A stretch of DNA of 64,000 nucleotides from an uncultured Granulosicoccaceae bacterium (lineage in GTDB: Bacteria > Pseudomonadota > Gammaproteobacteria > Granulosicoccales > Granulosicoccaceae), in assembly GCA_964594905.1 (NCBI GenBank), contig CAZQOI010000006.1, positions 9,011 to 73,010 of the forward strand, given 5' to 3'. Positions 29,955 through 41,683 of the stretch are shown piece by piece. A program made the position numbers and the translations under genes. Each line of letters opens with the position of its first letter. Position 1 is the stretch's first letter. The notes below the pieces were generated by a model. That model did not search any database, was not told the DNA's origin, and saw only the letters and a program-made list of their open reading frames with translations.

Positions 29955-32070
29955 ACTTTGCTTTGAAAAGTGCCACTTGCAAAGACTGAAGCTCGCGATT
30001 GATTGTCTTCAGAGTTATTTTGTTTTGCAGATCACTTTGCGCGGTAAAGCGTAGCTCAGTAAACGCGTTCTCAAGCTGATGCAGTCTTGTCGCCTGTGCT
30101 GGTTCGGCTTCGGCCACGCGTTGTAGGAAATCTCCTGGTGTTTCTGCGTTGCCGCGAGTAAATCCACGTTGCGCAAGCATTCGGCATAAGCGTTGCCATG
30201 ATCTTTCTGTCGCACTGAGCTTTGCGTTGGCCAGAGTAGGTAGGCCAAGCACGGCAAAACACCACAAGGCGGCCGCGAACATGATACCCACTGCGATCTG
30301 CCACAGCTTTGGCGTTGGTAATCCGAATTTTTTCAGCAAACCAAGCTGCGAATCGTTGTCAAAATCGACGACCAGACGTTGCCACTGATGATTCATTGAA
30401 TCCCATCTTAGTTGCATGTCCTTTAACCATCCACCGTCGAGTCGTGCCATACGCGGAAGCGTATCGCCTTCTGGTAAGGCGGATGCCACGCCACGCTCGA
30501 CTCTGGATGGGGCTACCGCTGCAGTCGGATCATAGCGTTGCCACGCACCATCGATAAAAGCTTCTGTCCAGGCGTGAGCGTCGGATTGTCGAACGATCAT
30601 GTAGTCTTCATTTATCTCGCCACCTTGATAGCCAGTGACTATGCGTGAGTGAATACCAGCACTGCGCATCATGACGACAAAGGCTGCTGCATAGTGTTCG
30701 CAGAACCCTGAACGAGTTTGAAACATGAATTCGTCAACGGGCGAATCTCCTAACAGCTGGGGTTTCAAGGTGTAACGGTATGGATTCTCGTTGAAGTGTT
30801 TGAGTACCTTCTGTGCGTACTCGGCGTCGGAACCGGCGCTTGCACGTAGCTCTCTGGCAAATGCCATAGTGCGGCTATTCTTGCCAGCGAGTTGCAAAGT
30901 GTCCGTTGAGGGTCTTGTCAAAGGTACGAGACGATCACTTAGACTTGAGCGTTGGCGATAGCGCAGCACCTGTAGTACTGGGTCGTCACTGACAAGCTGT
31001 CCATCAGCGAGTAAGCGACCAGCGGCGTTCTGTGAACGATCAGCTGCTGATCTCGTAGCGGTTGCTGCAGAATTGTTTTCGTTTTCGATCAAACCTGTCT
31101 CGGGTAAGGAAACAGGGTTGTCTAACGCGAACAACCAGCGTTGTTTGTGCGGCTGCAATGTGACGGTATAACTTACCGCGTCTGATAGGTTTGTTTCACC
31201 GTTTGCCGAACGTTGGTTTTGCACTGGTACTTCGATAGCTCGTTGGCCTTTGGACCACTGTTGACCATCGAAATTCGTGAGTACCGGGCCTCGCCAGTAA
31301 CGCATGGCATTTGGCGGCGGTGCCTCATCGAAATCGACGCGGAACGCCACAGTAGGTGACTGAATAAGACTGGCGATCGAACCCGGGTTCATGGTATCTG
31401 ACAGGCCAGTTGTTGCCATTGCATCCTCTGGCAGCGACCAAAGAGGGCCAGGTAGGCGAGGAAATACAATGAACAGCAGCGCTGCCAGAGGCAGGCCTTG
31501 AAGCAACAGTTTACCTATGAGTTTTAGTTGGGATTTACTACTTGTCGGGTTTTTGGGATCGCGTAAGATCGCTAGGGCATGACCTAGCGCAACGACAGCC
31601 GGTAAGGTCACGATTGCTGACAAAATACTTTGTGAGTAAAAATATTGTGTAAGTAGTAGAAAGGCTGCAAGACATAACAGCAGTGTGGCATCGTTAGGGC
31701 GTTTTAATTCTGCACTTTTAGCAGCAACAAGCAAGAACAGAAAAGCAACTGATGGATCACGACCCAGAAAGTATCCATACTGTAGCCTGATAATAATTGC
31801 AGCCGCAATCGCTATGCCCGTTATCGCCAGTGGTGACAGTAACTGCTTTAACACTCGCTTTTCCGGAAATCGCAGTGCGCATAAGCGCAAGGAAACGATA
31901 CCGCTGCCCAGCAGTGTGACCCAAAGTGGAAGATGCAGTACGTGTGGCAGCTGTACCAAGAACAACAGGACGATAAGCGCCTTGATTGTACGTGAGTCGA
32001 GTTCTGAGGTATCCCTACCGCTAACGGTTAAGCGTTTTGGAAACACCTTGGCTATTGCCGACAGACTCAT
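29938..32070 (-). CDS. Transglutaminase-like TgpA protein (DUF3488 + TGase + DUF4129)
   Basis: N-terminal TMs, FPR, TGLSD, YWRG, GFCEHYA, VTGYQGG, DAHAWTE, DPT. Confidence 0.9.
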   Translation of the reverse strand: MSLSAIAKVFPKRLTVSGRDTSELDSRTIKALIVLLFLVQLPHVLHLPLWVTLLGSGIVSLRLCALRFPEKRVLKQLLSPLAITGIAIAAAIIIRLQYGYFLGRDPSVAFLFLLVAAKSAELKRPNDATLLLCLAAFLLLTQYFYSQSILSAIVTLPAVVALGHALAILRDPKNPTSSKSQLKLIGKLLLQGLPLAALLFIVFPRLPGPLWSLPEDAMATTGLSDTMNPGSIASLIQSPTVAFRVDFDEAPPPNAMRYWRGPVLTNFDGQQWSKGQRAIEVPVQNQRSANGETNLSDAVSYTVTLQPHKQRWLFALDNPVSLPETGLIENENNSAATATRSAADRSQNAAGRLLADGQLVSDDPVLQVLRYRQRSSLSDRLVPLTRPSTDTLQLAGKNSRTMAFARELRASAGSDAEYAQKVLKHFNENPYRYTLKPQLLGDSPVDEFMFQTRSGFCEHYAAAFVVMMRSAGIHSRIVTGYQGGEINEDYMIVRQSDAHAWTEAFIDGAWQRYDPTAAVAPSRVERGVASALPEGDTLPRMARLDGGWLKDMQLRWDSMNHQWQRLVVDFDNDSQLGLLKKFGLPTPKLWQIAVGIMFAAALWCFAVLGLPTLANAKLSATERSWQRLCRMLAQRGFTRGNAETPGDFLQRVAEAEPAQATRLHQLENAFTELRFTAQSDLQNKITLKTINRELQSLQVALFKAKFSLVR

Positions 32071-33020
32071 TGCTGGTTTCCGTGCAATGCGAGTGCGGTC
32101 AATGCTTTTTGTCTCTGCTCAGGGCCGTGGTTGAACTCAAGTTTGTTGCTCGGCAAGCTGAGTGCATAGTCGGCGTTGCCAGAGTCCGCCAGCAATACCC
32201 ATGCAGTGAGACGTGACAACTGTGCTTCAAGTGTGGCGAGACGCGCCTGTTCAAGCGAGAATTCAGCTCGGGCATCTGCCTTCTCGGTATCGAAAGTTCG
32301 GACCTTTAAACCAAGGCCACGGGCAGCAGACTTCCAGGCAATCGAACCAATAGAATCGCCCGCCTGGTAGTCACGCAGCCCAGATACATCACCTTGCACT
32401 GCGATGGCTTGATGATTTCCGTCGGCCTCAGTCAATACACTTGGCAGCTGTGGCGGATCTACCTCAGGTGCCGGGTACACAATACCTTTGATATCGGCGT
32501 GCAGGTAGCTCCAGCTGGTCCATAGTCCAAGTGGCCAGTCACTTTGCAAGGTTAATCGTCCCAGAGCTTGGTAGCCACGTGTATGTACCTCGGTGTTCAT
32601 TGTCACACTGACACTTTGCATTGAATCGATAGCAAGGCCATTACTTCGACAATGCGGCGTTACCAGGTTGAGGCCATGCTTGTCGTTACCGCTTGGATTT
32701 TTCAGTTTTAATGAAAAAGGTAAATGAGAACCAGAAAATGCATCACCACAGCTAATCTGTTGAACAACAATTCCTGATAGATTCTTGTAAGTGTGCAGAA
32801 GCGTGGCCGCGAATAGTCCTGTTAAAAGAAAACACAATGCGTAACCCAGGCTAAGTGCATAGTTGATTGATGCGATCAGCATCAACAGAAGGGCTGCGAG
32901 AAATGCCCAACCTCTCCGTGTTGGTAATATATAGATGCGTTGATGCTCTACCGTGTGTGGCAGCTCATCAATTGCGCGTGTCCTGAATAGACGTTGCCAG
33001 ATGCGGGGCAGAATTTTCAT
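32067..33020 (-). CDS. DUF58 domain protein
   Basis: RIYILPT, PLGLW, VYPAP, LRDYQAGD...IAWK.AAR. Confidence 0.88.
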   Translation of the reverse strand: MKILPRIWQRLFRTRAIDELPHTVEHQRIYILPTRRGWAFLAALLLMLIASINYALSLGYALCFLLTGLFAATLLHTYKNLSGIVVQQISCGDAFSGSHLPFSLKLKNPSGNDKHGLNLVTPHCRSNGLAIDSMQSVSVTMNTEVHTRGYQALGRLTLQSDWPLGLWTSWSYLHADIKGIVYPAPEVDPPQLPSVLTEADGNHQAIAVQGDVSGLRDYQAGDSIGSIAWKSAARGLGLKVRTFDTEKADARAEFSLEQARLATLEAQLSRLTAWVLLADSGNADYALSLPSNKLEFNHGPEQRQKALTALALHGNQQ

Positions 33021-33033
33021 TATGCTTCCGGGT

Positions 33034-33999
33034 TCAGGGCATCGAAACCTGTTCGAGAATTTCCGCTGCTAATAGGTGTCCACTACTGACGCGTCCGGTT
33101 AATCTGTGTCCACTCATCGCTGGAAATACAGCTTTCACATCGTCGGGTAGAACATGGTTGCGTCCGTTGACAAAGGCGTAGGCGCGCACCAGACGCACCA
33201 GGTTCAGACCTGCCCTTGGACTCAAGCCCGTTCCTTGGTGAACAACGCCTTCTCTGGTTATGGATAACAGTGCCTGGATGTAGTCAAAGATTGGTGCTGC
33301 GATATGCACGCTTGTTGCAGCTTCCGACCAAGCCAAAACCTGATCTGGATCAGCGATAGCCTTGGTGTCGGATAGAGCGCTTCGTCTGTCACCATGTTCG
33401 AGTAGTTCACGTTCAGTCTTTTCATCGGGATACCCGATTTCAATACCCACTAAAAAACGGTCCAGTTGTGATTCGGGCAGTGGGTATGCACCAAGTTGAT
33501 CCGCTGGGTTCTGAGTTGCGATAACAAAGAAGTCATCGTTAAGTGGATAGGTGTTTCCGTCAACCGACACTTGGCGCTCTTCCATTGCTTCGAGTAACGC
33601 ACTTTGCGCTTTTGGTGGCGCTCGATTGATTTCGTCAGCTAGCAGAATTGATGTAAAGACTGGGCCTTGTTTGAACTCGAACTCCTGAGTTGTCGAGTTG
33701 AATATCGACGCACCGACAACATCGGCAGGAAGCAGGTCACTGGTGAACTGTACTCGCGACCAGTCCATACCAAGGGTTGCTCCAAGCGCTTGAGCCAGTG
33801 TCGTCTTTCCGACACCTGGCACGTCTTCGATCAGAAGGTGTCCGCGCGCAATCAGACAGCTCAACGCCAATGTCACCTGCTCACGCTTGCCAAGAAGAAT
33901 TCGCTCCAGCGCGCTCAACGTGGACGAAACGGATTCATCACTCCCGTTGGGCAATGTGGAACTGAAGCTATGAATATCGGCGGACGCTGTTTGGCTCAT
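33034..33999 (-). CDS. MoxR family AAA+ ATPase
   Basis: HLLIEDVPGVGKT, QFTSDLLPAD, LADEINRAPPKAQSALLEAMEE, YPLPESQLDRF; start uncertain. Confidence 0.93.
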   Translation of the reverse strand: MSQTASADIHSFSSTLPNGSDESVSSTLSALERILLGKREQVTLALSCLIARGHLLIEDVPGVGKTTLAQALGATLGMDWSRVQFTSDLLPADVVGASIFNSTTQEFEFKQGPVFTSILLADEINRAPPKAQSALLEAMEERQVSVDGNTYPLNDDFFVIATQNPADQLGAYPLPESQLDRFLVGIEIGYPDEKTERELLEHGDRRSALSDTKAIADPDQVLAWSEAATSVHIAAPIFDYIQALLSITREGVVHQGTGLSPRAGLNLVRLVRAYAFVNGRNHVLPDDVKAVFPAMSGHRLTGRVSSGHLLAAEILEQVSMP

Positions 34000-34356
34000 G
34001 CTGTTGATTTGGATGTTAGTTGTGTGACCCGTGAAAAAGGTATCGGCTGATCCGGCTGCGGCTCTTGCTTGAGAGGGCTTGCAAGTCACTGAAATTCAGC
34101 AACAAGCATCCACTTTGTGAACAATCCCTCAAATTGAATGCTGTGATTTCAGAGGCATCAGATAGTCGCAGTGCGCCCGGGTTCCACATTTCCAGAAAGC
34201 TGTAAGCCAGCGTCTTGGCGCCAGGATCCGCGAGAACAGTAGTGTGATCATTTTAGAGTTCGATTCATCAGTAACAGGATTCATTAGTAAAAGTTAGGGT
34301 GCTGGATGCGCTATTGCTATACTGGGCGCGTTTCCCTGAACCCGTTACAGCGCTTC

Positions 34357-37167
34357 ATGCGTGTGAAAAATTTTCTTAAATCCACATCACACCAGCACAA
34401 GGATCCGACTGTGCGCCGAAACAGCCTCGAAGAGCTGGATGCGGCAGACAGTGATGCTCATGCAATCATTGTTGAATTAGCCATCAATGATAAGGATGTG
34501 AATGTCCGCACAGCTGCCATTGCCAAGCTGACAGATCTTGCAGTACTTCGCGAGTTACTAGACGCTAATGGTGACAATGCAGAGTCCATTCGTGGTGCTG
34601 CAGAATTACGTTTTTCCGAATTGCTAGAGCAAGAGGCAGTGAGTGATATAGCGGTGCGGGCCTTGTTGTCATCGCACGCGTCACGGCTTGCCGTATCAAT
34701 TGCATCAGCGAGTGCTGCGAAAACCCAACGAGAAATGGCACTTGAAGTGATCAGTGATGAGTCTACGTTGCTTGAAGTTGTGCAACAAACCCGCGCGCAT
34801 GACACACGTCTTGCTGCAGCAACACGTTTGACGCAACACGACACTATTCGTGCGGCACTTCTTGCTGTTCGCTCTCGCGACAAGGTTGTTGCCAAACAAT
34901 TGCAGCAACGCCTGGACGATGAGGCAGCGCGCGAAGCAGAGCGTATCGCTACCACGCACTCAATAGGTGCGGCTTTGCAGTCTGCTGAGGAATTATCCAA
35001 TACGGTTTGGTCGCCTCAGTTCAAAGGTCGATATCAAGCGCTCGAACAACGCTGGAAGGGTTTTGATGATGCTGATACAGCTGATCATCAACTCGCCTTT
35101 AGCAATGCCATGGAGAAGGCAGCTAACATTATCACCGCGCAGGAAGAGAAAGCTTCCGTGGAGGCAAAAGCTGCAGAAGCTGCAAAGGCATCATCAGCTG
35201 AGAGTTCAGATGAAGCAGTAACACCTGTGGTGGCAACGGTTGTAGAGCCCAGTTCCGAACTCAAATCCTTGATCGCCAAGATTGATGATTGTGCTATCGA
35301 TGGCTTGCCTGAAACCTTGCAAAGTCTTGAGGGCGAAGCTGCTGGTTTTCCCGATGATGCGAAGAAGCTTTTTCAGCATGCTCAAGCGGTTTTGGTGCTG
35401 TTCAATCCGCCGTTCGAGATGCAGAAGGCGCGTCCAGTGGCTCTCAAGCAGCGCATAAAACGCGTTGAATCATTATTGAAAACTGACAGCCTGTTGCCAG
35501 GCGTTGATGTTGACAAACTTAAGTACATTGAAGAATGCAAAACTCATTTACCAGCTTTGCAAAACAGGGTTGGCAAGGCTGAGCAAGAATCGGCTGATCG
35601 AGTAAAGGCTACTCATCGCCAGTTTGCTGCCTTGTCCGGCATCATCAAGGAGGGCAAGTGGGGTCCGGCAAACAGCATGATGCGTCGATTGCAAAAAAAG
35701 ATCGATGTCATGGAGCCTGCCGAACGCTCCGGGCTTGATGAGAAATTGAATCGCGCTACTGCACAATTGACTGAAATGGCTGATTGGCAGGATTTCGCTG
35801 CCCGACCAAAGCTTGAAGCCTTGTGCGAATCGATGGAGGCGTTACCAGCAAAATCGTTGAAACCCGAACCGCTCGCAAAGGAAGTGCGGGAGTTGCAAAA
35901 AGCCTGGAAAGGCCTGGGCGTCAGCCGCGCGTCCAATGAGCTTTGGACTCGCTTCAAAACTGCAGGGGATACTGCATACGAACCGTGTAAGGCGTGGTTT
36001 GATGAGAAGCAACAGCAGCGTCAGGTAAAGCTTGATGCCAAGGCCGCGTTGTGTACGGAGCTTGAAGCAGCAGCAGCATCTCTCGGTGACACTGACATCG
36101 ATTACAAGGCAGTACAGAAACGAGTCAACAACGCCAAACGTGAATGGACCAAAAATCGAATACAGGACCGAAAACCCGACAGGGCACTTGAATCTCGGTT
36201 CTCAGATGCGCTAAAGCCGTTTGATGCCGCCTTGGCAGAGCAATACGATGCGAATGCCGTGGCCAAGCAAGCTTTGATTGACAAGGTCGCCGCGTTGGCG
36301 GAGGGGGATATCACCCAACACAGCGCCAATCAGGCAAAGAGTCTTTTGAGTGCCTGGAAGCTCGTTGGCGTCATGCGGCGTAAGGAAGATCAAACCCTGT
36401 GGGAAGTTTTCAACGGGCATCTTGGCACTATCTTCAAACATCAAAATAAGGTTGAGCGCGACAAAAAGCGTGCTGGCCTTGAGCACGTATTCCGAGCCAA
36501 GGACATCATCAAAAAGCTTAAATCCTTGTCGCGTGCCGATGACATAGATGAAGCTGAAGTTCAGTCTCTAGCGGTTGAGTTTCAAGGCTTGGCTGATTTT
36601 CCAGATCGTGACAAGAAATTTTTACTGCGTGATTTTCGTGGTGCGATGGATGCGTGTGGTCGGGTTCAGGACAAGGCTTCAAAACGTCGCGTGCATGCTG
36701 AACTTGAAGAACGTCTACGTTTGGTTGGTCTCTGTGAGCAACTTGAAACGGCAATTGAGGATCCATCCGCAAGTAGTGATACCTTGCGTGAGGATGTTAC
36801 ACATGCCTGGGATGCTACAGAGGCAAAGCTTAGCCGAGACGTTGCGGTCAAGCTCGAGGCGCGACGAGATGCCGCACTGTCCCATCTTGACAACGGAACA
36901 CAACCAGACTTTGCCGCTAATGAAGAATTACGGCGCGACTTACTGATAAGAATGGAAGTGGCTGCGGATATTGAAACACCTGCTGACGACAAAGCGCGGC
37001 GCATGAAGTATCAGCTGGCGCATTTGCAGGAAGGTATGAGTAGCGCGGGTGAAGACAAGAAATCAGTACTTGCAGTGCTCGAAAGCGAATGGCTTAGTGC
37101 ACCACCAGTCAAGCAAGCAGTTCGCGATAGTTTGCAATCTCGATATCTGAAAGCGTGCAAGCGCTAA
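34357..37167 (+). CDS. DUF349 domain protein with N-terminal HEAT-like repeats
   Basis: D..VR.AAI repeats; repeated LC...E, LQK.WK..G and LW..F units. Confidence 0.8.
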   Translation: MRVKNFLKSTSHQHKDPTVRRNSLEELDAADSDAHAIIVELAINDKDVNVRTAAIAKLTDLAVLRELLDANGDNAESIRGAAELRFSELLEQEAVSDIAVRALLSSHASRLAVSIASASAAKTQREMALEVISDESTLLEVVQQTRAHDTRLAAATRLTQHDTIRAALLAVRSRDKVVAKQLQQRLDDEAAREAERIATTHSIGAALQSAEELSNTVWSPQFKGRYQALEQRWKGFDDADTADHQLAFSNAMEKAANIITAQEEKASVEAKAAEAAKASSAESSDEAVTPVVATVVEPSSELKSLIAKIDDCAIDGLPETLQSLEGEAAGFPDDAKKLFQHAQAVLVLFNPPFEMQKARPVALKQRIKRVESLLKTDSLLPGVDVDKLKYIEECKTHLPALQNRVGKAEQESADRVKATHRQFAALSGIIKEGKWGPANSMMRRLQKKIDVMEPAERSGLDEKLNRATAQLTEMADWQDFAARPKLEALCESMEALPAKSLKPEPLAKEVRELQKAWKGLGVSRASNELWTRFKTAGDTAYEPCKAWFDEKQQQRQVKLDAKAALCTELEAAAASLGDTDIDYKAVQKRVNNAKREWTKNRIQDRKPDRALESRFSDALKPFDAALAEQYDANAVAKQALIDKVAALAEGDITQHSANQAKSLLSAWKLVGVMRRKEDQTLWEVFNGHLGTIFKHQNKVERDKKRAGLEHVFRAKDIIKKLKSLSRADDIDEAEVQSLAVEFQGLADFPDRDKKFLLRDFRGAMDACGRVQDKASKRRVHAELEERLRLVGLCEQLETAIEDPSASSDTLREDVTHAWDATEAKLSRDVAVKLEARRDAALSHLDNGTQPDFAANEELRRDLLIRMEVAADIETPADDKARRMKYQLAHLQEGMSSAGEDKKSVLAVLESEWLSAPPVKQAVRDSLQSRYLKACKR

Positions 37168-37180
37168 AGTTGACATCACC

Positions 37181-38353
37181 GTGAATACTCCCCTGACGCG
37201 CGCCACGCTAGAGCGCGCCATGAGTAACGACGAATTGGTGTTGTATTACCAGCCCAAGATATGTCTGCTACGTGGTGATGTCATTGGCGCGGAGGCCTTG
37301 GTCCGTTGGGCAGATGGCAACCGTGAAGTCATTCCACCAGATGAATTTTTGCCGCTTGTCGAAAGCAGTGGACTATTGCACGATCTCACCATGCAGTTGC
37401 TGGATCAAGTAGCTCATGCTGCAGTTGAATTGCGTAGTCATGCCAGTGGTCTTGCGTTGTCAATGAACGTTGCGCCAAACGATCTTGCTTCAAACAATAT
37501 CAGCAACCGGATTGGTGAACTGCTGGCGCAGGAATTTATCAGTCCCGAGGATTTGCAGATAGAAATTACCGAAAGTGCGGTAATGAGTAATGTTGAACGT
37601 GTCAGAGACGATCTTGAGCGTCTGAACAGGCTAGGTATCAAAGTATTAATGGATGATTTTGGTACAGGCTATTCTTCGATCGATCGTTTGAGCCAGCTTC
37701 CTTTCGACTCGCTGAAACTTGATCAAGGGGTTGTCAAACGTATGGGTAGCTCAACCCAGAGTATGGATGTGGTGCGTTCGGCGATATCCATGGCGCGTGA
37801 ACTCAGCATGACGTCAGTTGCCGAGGGGATAGAGACCGAAGGGGTTTATAACTTCCTGATCGCTAATGGTTGTGAGGAAGCACAGGGTTTCTATATTGCT
37901 CGGCCCATGTCGTTGCCGAGTCTTATCGGGTTTGTCAGCGATTCGCCAAAATTCGAGGGTTCTCAGATTGGCCGAGTACATCAAGCGGCCTTGAACCTGA
38001 TGCGATTTCGTAAAAGTCTGGTCGATGCGGTCTACTGCAGGCGATTGGGTGAAGGTGTGGCGCTGGAATCAGTTATTGATCCAGGCCTTAGTACTGATGT
38101 ACGCCATTCGCGAATAGGTCAATGGTATTTTGGAATTGGTCAGCGGCTTGAAAAACTTGAAACGTTCAGAGCCATTGAGAAACCAATGACAGATATGCAT
38201 GCAACTGGGCAAAATTTCATCCAGTTACTGTCATCCAATGTCGATGCAGAAAACCTCGAAAAAGGAATGATCGAAATAGACATGCAGTTTGATCACCTGG
38301 TAACACTGCTGCATGCTCTTGAGCGAGATCTTCTAAGCGAGAAATTACAGTAG
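37181..38353 (+). CDS. EAL c-di-GMP phosphodiesterase with C-terminal CZB-like domain
   Basis: YQPK, EAL, EITES, DDFGTGYSS, VAEGIET, QGF; C-terminal HSRIGQWY...H. Confidence 0.88.
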   Translation: MNTPLTRATLERAMSNDELVLYYQPKICLLRGDVIGAEALVRWADGNREVIPPDEFLPLVESSGLLHDLTMQLLDQVAHAAVELRSHASGLALSMNVAPNDLASNNISNRIGELLAQEFISPEDLQIEITESAVMSNVERVRDDLERLNRLGIKVLMDDFGTGYSSIDRLSQLPFDSLKLDQGVVKRMGSSTQSMDVVRSAISMARELSMTSVAEGIETEGVYNFLIANGCEEAQGFYIARPMSLPSLIGFVSDSPKFEGSQIGRVHQAALNLMRFRKSLVDAVYCRRLGEGVALESVIDPGLSTDVRHSRIGQWYFGIGQRLEKLETFRAIEKPMTDMHATGQNFIQLLSSNVDAENLEKGMIEIDMQFDHLVTLLHALERDLLSEKLQ

Positions 38354-38374
38354 TCGCCACGGAGTTCCTTTCGC

Positions 38375-39265
38375 TTGGCAATCATTCCTGATTTTTTGGT
38401 CAAAAGCCAAAGCCAGACACTTGATGGGCGAAGGTGGCTGGAACGCCTTCCTGTGTTGATCGATGAAATCAGTAATCAATGGGAATTGCAATCACTTCAG
38501 CCTATCGATGCTAATGGAAGTTGCTCCTGGGTAGCCAAGGTCACGCGTCATGGTGAAGAGCTTGTCGTCAAGATTGGCATGCCCCATATGGAGTCGCGCG
38601 ATGAGGCAAAGGGATTGTTTCTGTGGCAACAATCTGCTGCTGATGTAAGCGTGTCACTTTTGGCAGAAGACGACAAACGACAAGCGATGCTGCTTGAGTC
38701 TTGTGTCCCCGGCATGCCTTTGAAGTCTCTACCGGAATTGCAACAAGACGAAGTAGTTTGTTCCACGCTGAAACAACTCTGGCAAGTTTCCACCGAGTCA
38801 GCCTTAGCCGTAGGAATCAGAGACCTTGGCGTTATGCTTGACTACTGGTGTAAGGATACAAAATTGAAGTACTTGGAAAGCCCTTATGCCGATTATGTTG
38901 AAAAAGGCTGTTTGATATACCAGTCGATGCACAGGAGCACTGTGCATAAATCCTTGTTAGTCACCGATCTGCATGCCGGGAATATATTGTCATCGACGCG
39001 ATCACCTTGGTTGATGATCGATCCCAAACCATTTGTTGGGGATCCCGCATATGATGTAACTCAGCACGCCCTGAATTGTCAGCCGCGATTGATGGCGAAC
39101 CCACGGGCGCTGGTAGTGAGGTTGTCGGTGTTATCGGGCTGTGATGCTTATCGTATCGCACAGTGGTTGGCTGCACGCCTTCTCACTGATGATGATCTTA
39201 ACAACGACAAACTGGCGTGTGCATATGATTTGTTAAGCGTAACTAGCGATCAATGGCAAGTTTGA
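38375..39265 (+). CDS. Aminoglycoside/hydroxyurea phosphotransferase (APH(6)-like) family protein
   Basis: WL..LP, VVKI, MLLE, DLHAGNIL, WLMIDPKPFVGDPAYD. Confidence 0.8.
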   Translation: MAIIPDFLVKSQSQTLDGRRWLERLPVLIDEISNQWELQSLQPIDANGSCSWVAKVTRHGEELVVKIGMPHMESRDEAKGLFLWQQSAADVSVSLLAEDDKRQAMLLESCVPGMPLKSLPELQQDEVVCSTLKQLWQVSTESALAVGIRDLGVMLDYWCKDTKLKYLESPYADYVEKGCLIYQSMHRSTVHKSLLVTDLHAGNILSSTRSPWLMIDPKPFVGDPAYDVTQHALNCQPRLMANPRALVVRLSVLSGCDAYRIAQWLAARLLTDDDLNNDKLACAYDLLSVTSDQWQV

Positions 39266-39893
39266 AGGCAAGCCCTACAAAGATCGCAGATGTCAGGTAG
39301 TTAAAAAACTTTAACCCGGCTGGTTTCCTCTTGATGCTGCGGCCGATACGGCCAGCGTAAATCGCAACCAGAGAATTTATTATCGTTCCACAAAATATTG
39401 GTATAGCGCCCAGAAAAAGAAACTGCGTAATGGTGGAGCCTTTACCTGGATCTACAAATTGCGGCAAAAACGCAAGAATGAACACAGCGACATGAGGGTT
39501 CAACAGGTTCACGATCAAGCCTTGTTTGAAATGCTTGGCTAACACTGGCTGGCTTTCGTCGAAACCGTTTGCAGCATTGTTGATCGCAAAGGTATCGGTT
39601 TTTTTAAACACTCCCTGCCAGGCGAGGTACAGCAGGTAGGCAATGCCTGTCCATCTTATAAGTTCGAATGCTACTGGTTCGACTGCTAGTAAGGCTGCCA
39701 AGCCGAACGCCGCCAACAGGGTGTGAACAACAACTCCAAGCGAGACACCGAAACTTGCTGCAACGCCAGCGCGTGGTCCGTGATTCAAGCCTTGACCTAA
39801 ACACAGCAACATATCGTTGCCCGGTGTCAGGTTAAGCGCAAGTGCGGCTGGAACGAAAAGCCACAAGGTTGCAAGCTCAACTGGAAAGTTCAT
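39243..39893 (-). CDS. LysE/RhtB family exporter
   Basis: LTPGND, G.AYLLYL, NLLNP, FLPQFV. Confidence 0.9.
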   Translation of the reverse strand: MNFPVELATLWLFVPAALALNLTPGNDMLLCLGQGLNHGPRAGVAASFGVSLGVVVHTLLAAFGLAALLAVEPVAFELIRWTGIAYLLYLAWQGVFKKTDTFAINNAANGFDESQPVLAKHFKQGLIVNLLNPHVAVFILAFLPQFVDPGKGSTITQFLFLGAIPIFCGTIINSLVAIYAGRIGRSIKRKPAGLKFFNYLTSAIFVGLAFKLAIDR

Positions 39894-39914
39894 ACCGATA
39901 AGCTCCACGAGTAA

Positions 39915-39980
39915 TGCACTTGAATGGTGCGTTTTTTGGCATGGCGTCAAAATAGTGCACAGCGTAACTATTATTGTGCA
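39915..39980. promoter_or_regulatory. NtrC-type binding sites upstream of amt-glnB/K
   Basis: TGCACTTGAATGGTGCG (39915-39931) is close to consensus; additional GTGCA half-sites end at 39959 and 39980. Confidence 0.65.
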
Positions 39981-40109
39981 TCGACATTGTTATTGATACT
40001 CATATAGCACGCGTATTAGCCGAGAAAAACTTCATTTTCATTTTGCTTTTTACTTGTTAAACCCAGTCAGACTGTTATTATTCGGCGGCTTTTAACTTCT
40101 GAGAAACCT

Positions 40110-41656
<1,547 letters not shown>

Positions 41657-41683
41657 CAGCGCCGCGCCTTAGTTCTGTCTGCG

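Noticed and set aside
29938-33999. MoxR-DUF58-transglutaminase cluster as a novel system
   Set aside because: This is a widespread, already described conserved operon.
34000-34356. Possible ncRNA (6S/SRP-like) or CRP site in the divergent intergenic region
   Set aside because: No recognisable RNA family motif or long hairpin; the CRP match is weak.
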